This document shows positions 10,927 through 20,124 of a stretch of 20,926 nt of DNA, in pieces. Position 1 is the stretch's first letter; each line of letters starts with the position of its first letter. A program made the position numbers and the translations under genes. The notes beneath the pieces were generated by a model. It saw only the letters and a list, made by a program, of their open reading frames with translations, made no database searches and was not told the origin of the DNA. The stretch lies in assembly GCA_002104945.1 (NCBI GenBank), contig MCFH01000179.1:1-20926 (forward strand), read 5' to 3'. Origin of the DNA: Piromyces finnis finn (Eukaryota; Fungi; Neocallimastigomycota).

Positions 10927-11795
10927 TGATATTATCATAATAACGCTTCTTGTTTCCTTCAATAATGGCTTGAAGTTTTGGGCAATTTTGTTGATAATGA
11001 CCAGGTTCACTACAGAAGAAACAAGCTTTAATAGTTAAATTCTTCATTTTCTTGACTAGGTTATTCATTTCATCATCTTTATTAGGCTTTTTGGCTTCAG
11101 TAAAAGAAACTTTTCTCTTGTATGGTTGAAAATTATTATAACTTTTGGTTATTGCAGTAGTCGTTGGTAATTACCATCATTATCTATTCTAGTAGATAAC
11201 CTATCTACCTTCTCAGCTATCTTAAAGGCCTTTTCTAGAGTGATATCATCTTTTAAAGATACTTTTCTCCATGCTTCTTTATTATTTTGTAAAGAATCTG
11301 CATAATCTAACACACTAATCTGCTTCTTCTTTTTCTTATCCAACTTTAAATATAAAGATTCTATACTTTCTATTTTAAATCTTTACTGATTCATTTCTTC
11401 TTATACGAGTCTTCTTAGTTCTCGTAAAACATACTTTGATCTTCTTTTAACCCATAAAATGTTTCAAGGGCATTGATAATCTTCCCAAGTGAAGGGTAAA
11501 CTTCTTCATTAGATTCATCTTCTGGGTTTTCTTCATCATTTTCATTTTCATAATCATCTTCACCATCACTATCCTTTTCTTCTAACTCTTGTATTACCTT
11601 TCTGGGTTCACCTTTAGAAGTAAGGACACATGCCATGTAAATTTCCCTTGCATTAGTGATATCTTGAAGTTCAATCCATAAACATATTTCAGAAGCCCAG
11701 GATTTTACGTCCAAATTATCTTTGGAAAGCTTTTCTATATCCTTGAGTTCTTTCTTTAATTCTTTAAAATCAATTCTTGAAGTAGAATTCCTCAT
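10914..11795 (-). CDS. gag: Element B Gag with CCHC zinc knuckle (frameshifted as sequenced)
   Basis: ORFs 11415-11795 and 11149-11343. Knuckle CFFCSEPGHYQQNC at 11023-10982. Confidence 0.88.
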
Positions 11796-12425
11796 TTCCT
11801 TTTTAAATTTTACTAACTTTTTGATTCCCTTAAAATATTACACTTTCTTTTACTTTCTTTGACTGAATAGATTATAATACCAGATAAAACAATATAGACT
11901 CAAAAATCCCCTTTTGACAGTCTAAAAAAAAATTTATAAGCTCGAAGTTCCTTTATCGACCACTTGATAAAATTGGATACAAATAATCTAGCACAACACG
12001 CACTACCAATTATTTGTAGCAAAAAAAATATTGTTATCACTCCTTACTTTCTTAATTCAGTCGTATGATAAAAGTACTAAATTTTCCTTATCTTCCTTTT
12101 CTCTTTCTTTTAAAATTTACTTAATTATTATTTTATTTAATTTATAAATAAGAACTTAATTTAATATTGTTATTACTGTTTTAAGTTACCGACCAAGTTA
12201 TATATAATAGACTATTAACTAAGAGTCTTTCATCCGATGGTAAAGGTTGCCGTCACCCTATTCACACGATCTTAGTTCCGTCACGTGCTTCAGGATCTTT
12301 TTACCACCCCTACTATCCCTCTGATGTTTAGTTAATAAGGCTCGTCTATGTTGATATAACCTGTTTAACTTAAAAACAGTAAGAAAAGTACATTTCAATT
12401 AGCAATATTAAATTAACTGGGAACC

Positions 12426-12500
12426 AAAAAAAAATAATTTTTTTTTTTTTTTTTTTTTTTTTTTGTTTGTTTGTTTGTTTGTTTGGTTAAAAAAAAATAA
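12426..12500. repeat. T27-(GTTT)5 tract flanked by A9TAA direct repeats in the element B leader
   Basis: AAAAAAAAATAA at 12426-12437 and 12489-12500; T27 at 12438-12464; GTTT x5 at 12465-12484. Confidence 0.9.
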
Positions 12501-12947
12501 ATAATAAAATAATATTAAATTTATTAAAATTTTAATTACACTAATAAGTATAGTAGAACAGCATTTCACAGCGATTTTCCAATACTCATTTAGGGTGTTT
12601 TAAGTAGTTTCACAATTGCCCAGCTTACCGTATTACCGGTGTCATGTAACAATTATGCGAGGCACTTCTATTTCTCGAACAAAATAGAAAGGTTCAGCGC
12701 TTTCCAGTATACCACTGTGAAAGATAAACTAAGACCTAATAACTTAACCACTAATTCCTAAATAAAGTACTGCTTCTAAAGCGTACTAATTCAGTTTTAC
12801 TAAAATATTATACCTTAAATCTTCAACAGTAGTATAAATATTACCTATAACTTGAAGGGTAATAAATTTTTAATAAATTTATATAATATCTTAGTAATAT
12901 TTTAATATTACTTTATCCTATGTATTAATAATTTTTATTAATATTTT

Positions 12948-12964
12948 CCCCGATATCTCCACCA
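12948..12964 (-). promoter_or_regulatory. Element B primer-binding site, tRNA-Ala (probably a different isoacceptor from A)
   Basis: Minus strand TGGTGGAGATATCGGGG, the complement of CCCCGATATCTCCACCA, 7 nt from the LTR end. Confidence 0.85.
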
Positions 12965-12971
12965 ATTTTTA

Positions 12972-13689
12972 TGTTATGGTTCGAGGAATTTAGTTTTATT
13001 TATAAATATTAATAATTATCAATACTCAAAAATAATATTAAAATTAAATAAGAAAAAAATTGTTTTATTAATAAGTTTGTTTTATTAAAATATTAAGAAT
13101 ATATAATTACAAAAATAAAAATAAAAATAAAAATAAAATTATCTCTCTCTTCTAATTCTTATAATATACACCTTTTTATACCTTTTGTAGAAATTTAAGT
13201 AGTGTTAATTAAAAGAATTAGACTTTAATTATTACATTAAATTTTGTATTTAAATTACTTTTAAATTAATATAAAATTACATTACTATTATAATAAATAA
13301 TTATACATATTATTGAATTGGATTAACATACATTAAAGTTTACTTCACATATATTTAACTAAAGAATTTTTACTATTTTACAGAAATATTATTCATAATT
13401 TTAATTAATAAAAATTCATTAACTTGATAAATTAAACTAAAAGTTCAATAAACTATAATTTCAATATATTATTATTACTTTATTATTACTAAATTAATTT
13501 TTAAATTTAATAAAAATAAAATTTAAGTTTAATAAAATAATCATTAATAAATTTAAATATAATTTTCATGTATACATTAATTTACAAATTAGAATATTGT
13601 AAAGTTTTCATACATTTAGGAACAATAATGGATTAGGTCAATAATCATTAATTATGACAAAAATAACATTATTTGTTGGTTCCTTAACA
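12972..13689 (-). repeat. Element B 5' LTR (718 bp)
   Basis: Direct repeat of 6166-6863. Confidence 0.96.
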
Positions 13690-15282
13690 ACATGGTAATA
13701 ATTATTATTATATATATTACATAATAATATATTAATAATATAATAATAATTATTATCTACAATTTAATAATAATTAATATTATTAAACTGAGAAATTAAA
13801 ATAAATAAAATTTTGTACTTATCTGAAATAAGAGTTTATTATAAGGAAATATAATAAACAACACAAAGCTTTAATGTTATTTGATTTAAAATGTTTTATT
13901 AATATTGTTTTTTAAATAAAGATTATTTATTATAATAGTTCTTATAATAATAACTCTGGATTCTTTAGTGGAATTCCAGAGTTCTTTTATTTATAATTTT
14001 TTAATAAATTAAAGTTTAATAAAAGTTTCTAATCTTAACAAATAATCTTTTTAGGGAAAAGACTAGAAGAAAAACCTAAAAAGATATTCGATTGATAACA
14101 TCAATCATCGTAATATTAAGTAAAACCGAATAAATTCGGAAAAAACCTTAATATCCGATGTCCTAAATATTTATTTATATCTTCTAATTGTTTCTATAAG
14201 TTATTTCAAGATACGATACATAAACAATAAATACGAACGTAAAATAAAATACACAATGTTTCTTATAAAATGTAATACAAAAAATTATTAATTAATAAAA
14301 TAAATGAATGTTTACTATTATTTTAAATAAATTACTAAATTAAATAAATAAATAATTAATATAGTAATTAAATAAATTTTAAATTAAGTAAATGAATAAT
14401 TAATATTAATATAAATAAATGTTTATAGTAATTTAAATGAATGTATACTAATAGTTTAAATAATTAATTAATTTAATAATTAAAAAATAATTAATGTCAC
14501 GAATACTAGTGAAAATACAATTTCAAGATCACTTGGAATTGTGAAATCACTTATGAAATTTCAAAATCAACAAATATTTTATTTTCAAATAAATTATAAA
14601 ATTTTATTAAGAAATATTAAAAATTTAGAAAAGGTTAAAATATGACCTTAACCCTTAATAATTTTTATAATAAATAACTTTAACCCTTATCGTTAAAATG
14701 GAATAAGGAAAAACACGCGTATCTCCTCAACGAATGACGATTTTGAATAAAAATGTTTGGTCGTAATTACGTTCGTTAGAAAGCCACACTCAAGACAAAC
14801 AACATATCTTAAAATCAGGTCAATATCTCTGCTGGTTCACGAGATATTCCAATTTAAAGATATTTTGTTAGCAATGATTAATTGTTTATTCAGAGAATGA
14901 TCACCCCTGATGTATCAAACATAAATCATTCACTCAAAGTATAAAAATTATTGTTTAATTAAATTAAAATTATTTTCCGGAACTAATTAACTTTATTTTA
15001 TAATAATTATTTCAACAACATAATTTATAATCTTTGAACTAGAAGATTATAATTATTAATATTATATTCAATGAATTATATTATAATTAAGAAATAATTA
15101 ATATTATGAATATTATAAACAATAGTTATTTTTTAATAATTAGGAATAAGTTTTAAGTTTAGTTTAAGTATTATAAAATATATTATGAATATAAGCATGT
15201 ATTGAAAAGTTATTTATTATTAAATGTAAAATTACAAATAGTATAAATAGTTTAGAATAGTTTATGAAATTAAAATCTTTGT

Positions 15283-15374
15283 AAAGATTATTAACCAAAA
15301 ATTATTAACCATAAATTATTAAATTATTAACTATAAATTATTAACTAAAGATTATTAACTATAAATTATTAACT
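15283..15374. repeat. Minisatellite, about 7 copies of a 14-bp unit (ATAAATTATTAACT-like)
   Basis: Tandem units aaagattattaacc, aaaaattattaacc and ataaattattaact, with two shortened copies. Confidence 0.85.
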
Positions 15375-15619
15375 ATTAATAATAATAATACTTAATGAGT
15401 ATTACTACTAAATAATCTTATTATTATATATTTTAGCAATATATTATTAAATAAAATAAAAGAAATTATTTTAACCATAATATATAATTTAATTATTCAT
15501 TTATAAATCAATTAAGATTATTTTAATAAAACATTTTTTTTTCTAACCTAGTTATCTTTTAACCTTTTATTTAATTTAATATTTTAATATTAAATTATAA
15601 GTTTAGTAAAACTTTTACA

Positions 15620-16122
15620 AATTAAATATAGATAAAAATTTAAAATATTTAACATGTATAAAATTATTAAATTAAAAATTATAAATGTAAACTTTTTGTT
15701 TATTTAATTGTTTATTTCTTTTTAAATTAAATAGTTTATATTTGTTTATAATTATACCTTAAATAATAATTTTGTATAAATAGTGATAGAATTACTTATT
15801 TTTAAAAATGTTCCTAATAATCCAGAAAAATTAGATAATAATATTAAATTTATTAAAATAATACTTATAATTATATTCACATACATACCGAGATGTATTC
15901 ATAATAAAATATATATTTAATAATACTAGAGTTATTAAATATCAAAATTTATAATTAAATAAACTATATTTTATAAAACTAACTAATACTTGAAAATGAA
16001 CAAGTATAAAAATATTTATTTTATTTTCTTTAAATTTTATTTATTAATATTATTTTTTAGATACAAATATTATCACTTTCTATATTCATTTATAGAATTA
16101 AGATAATATTTTCTACGTATCA
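15620..16122 (+). repeat. Element C 5' LTR (left boundary uncertain; the first ~48 nt of the 3' LTR are not matched)
   Basis: Matches 16981-17484 with a few indels; ends in CTACGTATCA. Confidence 0.85.
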
Positions 16123-16124
16123 AA

Positions 16125-16137
16125 TGGTGGAGAATCC
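16125..16137 (+). promoter_or_regulatory. Element C primer-binding site, tRNA-Ala
   Basis: TGGTGGAGAATCC, identical to the first 13 nt of the element A PBS. Confidence 0.82.
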
Positions 16138-16918
16138 AAAAATCTACTGAGTAGCTAGTCTTAAGGCCGGAGGGAATTACGTGAACCTCTCTGTTCCCCA
16201 TAGAAAACTACTACTACTGCATCATTTTAACAAAATTTAATTAATTTCAGAATTAATTAGAAATCGGAATTAACAATACTTCAACAATATATATTAATTT
16301 ATTCCAATATATTATTAATATATATAAAAAAAAAAAAAATTTCACAAATATTTAATTCCAATAATTAAATAAATAACATTAATATCAAATTTTAAATATT
16401 CAAATTATTTAAAATAAAATTAGTATTATAATACAAAAACATTATAATATAATTCAATTATAATCCATAATCAATTATAATATATACCAATTATATATTA
16501 TAAAATAATAAAATTATAATGTATATTTCACTCATATAGAAAAACATTATATTCAACTGCCCTGCTCTTCTGAAAGCCTTTAAAAATTTCAAAATAATCT
16601 GTGGATAATGGAATAAAGTATCAGAAAATAACTTTAAATAATAATAAACCTTAAGTAAGCTTTAATTAATGTGGATATAAATGAAGAATAAAATTATTTG
16701 AAAAAGACACTGCAGCTACTATTAAAAACTATCCGGAAAATTATATATTAAAAATAAATTAATGGAGGACAATAAAAATTAAACATGCATATAAAGAAAG
16801 AAAAAAAAATCCTAAGAAGAAGAAGAAGTAATAAAATGAAGAACTTTAATTACTTATAAATTTAATTCTTTATCTATTATTTTTCCTTTCGTAACTTCAA
16901 GGGACGAAGTTATATCTT

Positions 16919-16929
16919 AAGGGCGAAGA
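16919..16929 (+). promoter_or_regulatory. Element C polypurine tract
   Basis: AAGGGCGAAGA lies 3 nt before TGATA. It is preceded by a hairpin TAACTTC/GAAGTTA (16892-16912). Confidence 0.6.
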
Positions 16930-16932
16930 TAT

Positions 16933-17484
16933 TGATAAATAATTAAATTTATAAATTATAAATTAATAATAATAAATAATAATTAAAATATAGATAAAAA
17001 TTTAAAATATTTAACATGTATAAAATTATTAAATTAAAAATTATAAATGTAAACTTTTTGTTTATTTAATTGTTTATTTCTTTTTAAATTAAATAGTTTA
17101 TATTTGTTTATAATTATATCTTAAAATATAATTTTGTATAAATAGTGATAGAATTACTTATTTTTAAAAATGTTCCTAATAATCCAGAAAAATTAGATAA
17201 TAATATTAAATTTATTAAATAATACTTATAATTATATTCACATACATACCGAGATGTATTCATAATAAAATATATATTTAATAATACTAGAGTTATTAAA
17301 TATCAAAATTTATAATTAAATAAACTATATTTTATAAAACTAACTAATACTTGAAAATGAACAAGTATAAAAATCATTTATTTTATTTCTTTAAATTTTA
17401 TTTATTAAATATTATTTTTAGATACAAATATTATCACTTTCTATATTCATTTATAGAATTAAGATAATATTTTCTAACGTATCA
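16933..17484 (+). repeat. Element C 3' LTR (552 bp)
   Basis: TGATA...TATCA terminal inverted repeat; 16981-17484 repeats 15620-16122. Confidence 0.8.
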
Positions 17485-17498
17485 CAATGCAGATAAAA

Positions 17499-17570
17499 GG
17501 GGTGTTAGCTCAGCGGTAGAGCAATTGACTGCAGATCAATAGGTCTTCGGTTCAAATCCGGAACGCCCCT
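17499..17570 (+). tRNA. tRNA-Cys(GCA): tRNA-Cys (anticodon GCA), intronless, 72 nt
   Basis: Acceptor stem GGGGTGT/ACGCCCC, U73 discriminator, anticodon arm ATTGA-CTGCAGA-TCAAT, A box 17506-17516, B box GGTTCAAATCC 17549-17559. Confidence 0.97.
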
Positions 17571-17578
17571 TAATAGTA

Positions 17579-17583
17579 TTTTT
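17579..17583 (+). terminator. Pol III terminator (T5)
   Basis: TTTTT begins 9 nt after the tRNA 3' end. Confidence 0.75.
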
Positions 17584-17679
17584 GAATCTTGGATTATGAA
17601 ACTACAAAGATAATAATATTCATTTTTTTTATTTAAATAATTTTATAAAGTGTTTCACTTGTTTGTGATGAATAATAAC

Positions 17680-18390
17680 TACACTCCCTTAAAAAAAATT
17701 GAAAGTCAAGACGTTAGTTATTTCTTAAAAGACATCTTTGCAAGACATGGCGTCCCAGAAATAATTGTCACAGATAATGGGAAGTCAATTCACTTCAGAT
17801 ATAACAAAAACAATGATAGACTTATATGGTTCCTGAGTTCAATTCGTTGCACTACATCATCCTGAAGCTAATGGACAAGTCAAAAAACAGAAATAGAGAA
17901 ATAATAAAAATACTTCGACACTTATGCAAAAATCAAGAAAATTGGGACGAATACTTTCTGCAACCTTATGGGCTCTGTGTACATCTCGTTCGAAAGTTAC
18001 AGGATTTAGTAGTTTCGAACTTTTATATGGAAGAAAAGACTTATGGCCTCTAAGTGTATTGCTACCAGATATTCCAAAAAAAAGGACGAATCTAACGAAG
18101 AATACAATTTTAGACATTTTGTCAGACACCAGAATTGGGTACAAGAAGCTACAGAAAATATCAAGCAAGCCCACGATTACTGGCTTCAAAGAAATGAACC
18201 AGTAAAGTCTATTCAACATCGGTACAAGCCAGATGATCAAGTGTTGGTAAGATATATAGTAGGAAAAATTAGATCCATTCTTTTAGAACCATTTAAAGTA
18301 AAGAAAGTATCAAAATTCAACACTTTAGTTTTAGAGACACTAGACACGCATAAATACTAGAATGTAATGTTCATATTAAAATATGATGCC
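17680..18390 (+). pseudogene. pol: Decayed Ty3/gypsy integrase fragment (element E), related to the B integrase
   Basis: HGVPEIIVTDNG, HHPEANG, NRNREIIK, FELLYGR and EPFKV...FNTL. It carries an in-frame TGA at 17834-17836 and frameshifts; no LTR was found. Confidence 0.88.
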
Positions 18391-18576
18391 CTATTTGTAC
18401 TCTCTATAAAAATATATAAAAATAACGACCATTTATTAAAAAATCAAGAAAAACACACATTAATAACTGAAGACGAATTCTATCTCATCTATTTTATTTT
18501 TTTTATTTTCTTTGAATAAAAATTTAATAAAATTTTTCAAATTTTTCATCATTTTTTATAAATTTTATTTTATATT

Positions 18577-18666
18577 TGTAAAGATATAAAATATATCTTT
18601 AAATTATTTAATAATTAATTAATAATTATTAAATAATAATTTTTTATTTTTAATGAAAAATTATTT
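18577..18666 (+). repeat. 90-bp repeat R, copy 1
   Basis: Near-identical direct repeat of 20628-20717. Confidence 0.85.
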
Positions 18667-19045
18667 CTTTGAAATTGATGAAATGGAATTTATTGTTGAT
18701 AAATAGTTTTAACTGAAAGTTTAGGTTGATATATTCATCAAGTTCAATTGAAGTACCACTGATACCTTGTAAAGTGATAACATTATTAATTTTATGAGGA
18801 TGTAATTGTAATGTACGTAATAGTTTGTACGACATAAAATTACAATAAGATCCACTATCTAATAGTGATGTACATACAATTTTATTATGTACATTATTTG
18901 TACCTCCATTATTGGATAATACATATGTATTAAAAGTAAAAAATGTTGAAGGTAATGTATTATCTTTGTTGATAGTGGGAAAAGTGTAGTTTAATATTTT
19001 TGTATTCGAGTGGTGATGGGACTTCAATGGAAGTCCTTTATTTAG
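18667..19045 (-). CDS. pol: Element D aspartic protease (truncated Pol)
   Basis: ORF 18650-19027 with DSG at 18859-18851, in the -1 frame relative to the gag end. It runs into repeat R. Confidence 0.8.
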
Positions 19046-19051
19046 TTTTTT
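19019..19051 (-). promoter_or_regulatory. Element D putative -1 frameshift signal
   Basis: A AAA AAC then TAA, an 8-nt spacer, and a perfect hairpin GGACTTC-CATT-GAAGTCC. Confidence 0.62.
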
Positions 19052-20050
19052 TGAACTAATTTTTTGAGCTTTATAATTGTTGTTATTGTAATTATTATTA
19101 TATTTTTGGAAGTTATTGTTGTTATTGTTGTTGTTGTTGTATGATCTGTGGTGGTTGAAATGTGAATTTCTTTCTTGTTAGATTTAGAGTTGGAAGACTG
19201 GATAATCTTATTCTTTGTAGAAAGAGAACTTTCGATCAAAATACATCTAGTTATAATGGACTCCATGGTGGTTGGAAATACCTCCATCTTTTCAATTTCT
19301 TCCTGATATTTAGGATGTAAACCATTATAAAAGATTAAAGAAAATGCTTCTTCATTCCATTTAAATTGTTGTGAAAGAGAGCGGAATTCCTCGATATAAT
19401 CATTTATTTTACCATATTGTTGTTTTAAAACGCATTATTTTGATTTTAGCTACATTCGAGAAAGCAATTCTTAATCCATCCAACAATTCTTGCATGGTAG
19501 ATGGATAAATATTATCCTTGTACTTGGCAAGATACCAATTTCTAGCAGCATCACGAAGACGGAATTGTACAAAATTAATTTTTGTTTCTTCTGGTAAAGT
19601 TCGATTTGGTAGAGTTTTAAAAGTATCTTCACATAATTGACAAAACAAATCGGTATCACTAGTCTTACCGGAGAACATACTTGGATCTGGCACTTGAGTG
19701 ATTGGAGTAGCAAAACGGCCTCTCATGATAACATCATGATCCAAATCAAATTTTGTTGAAGTAGATTCATCATCTCTAAAGACAGTAGGTCTTGGAGTAG
19801 CTATCCTATCATAGTTGGTATGTAACAATGGTTGTTCATCTTCATTCTGAGCAGTTTGATTATTATTCATATTGGTTAATACACCCATGATTTCATTCAA
19901 ACGATTATTCACATCATTGGAAAAATTTTGAAAATCTTCACGGAAAACCAAATTTTCATTGATACCCTCAATGATATCCTTGGCAGTCTGAGTAGCATCC
20001 TCTCTTAGTTGGTTTACCTCGTCTGGGAAATTAGGAACCGGAGTGAACAT
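19042..20050 (-). CDS. gag: Element D Gag (chromovirus/PEG10-like, no CCHC knuckle seen; frameshifted as sequenced)
   Basis: ORFs 19409-20050 and 19042-19287; the intervening sequence translates as Gag-like YIEEFR...FYNGLHPKYQEEI. Confidence 0.82.
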
Positions 20051-20124
20051 TCTAAAGTAGTCACTAAACAGCGGGTAAAGATTATTGTTAAGTTTTTGGG
20101 TTTGGTTATGCGGCCAGGTCAGAA

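Larger units (their letters stand above)
6166..13689 (-). mobile_element. Complete Ty3/gypsy LTR retrotransposon B (7.5 kb)
   Basis: Two near-identical LTRs (TGTTA...TAACA), PBS, gag, PR-RT-RH-IN order, G-rich tract before the 3' LTR, and flanks ACAA/ACAT (imperfect 4-bp TSD). Confidence 0.96.
15620..17484 (+). mobile_element. Non-autonomous TRIM-like LTR element C
   Basis: Two ~500-bp near-identical direct repeats ending in TATCA, a PBS 2 nt after the first, a purine tract before the second, and an 810-bp internal region with no substantial ORF. Confidence 0.82.

Noticed and set aside
12426-12500. Poly(A) insert with a 12-bp apparent TSD as a truncated LINE/SINE insertion
   Set aside because: The repeats are T-rich relative to the poly(A) strand, opposite to the usual TPRT geometry. 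Slippage of an AACC-A9-TAA-Tn-GGTT hairpin explains it more simply.
14629-14689. TTAACCCT motifs as piggyBac ends or telomeric repeats
   Set aside because: No matching AGGGTTAA partner was found, and there are only two dispersed copies, not a TTAGGG array.
15283-15374. Repeat array as CRISPR
   Set aside because: Contiguous 14-bp units without spacers, in a eukaryotic context, with no cas genes.
16600-16830. Possible decayed chromodomain/integrase tail (ending PKKKKK-stop) inside element C
   Set aside because: Only a vague LIKWxGY-like resemblance that needs several gaps; not distinguishable from chance in AT-rich DNA.
16933-17484. Cassandra-like 5S rRNA or tRNA segment within the C LTR
   Set aside because: No A, B or C box or 5S-like sequence is visible in either LTR.
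17857-18240. 127-aa minus-strand ORF
   Set aside because: Antisense to the element E integrase relic.
18467-18473. Hammerhead ribozyme cores CTGAAGA (18467) and CTGATGA (568)
   Set aside because: No stem II or correctly placed GAAA. The second lies in RT coding sequence (HPDD).
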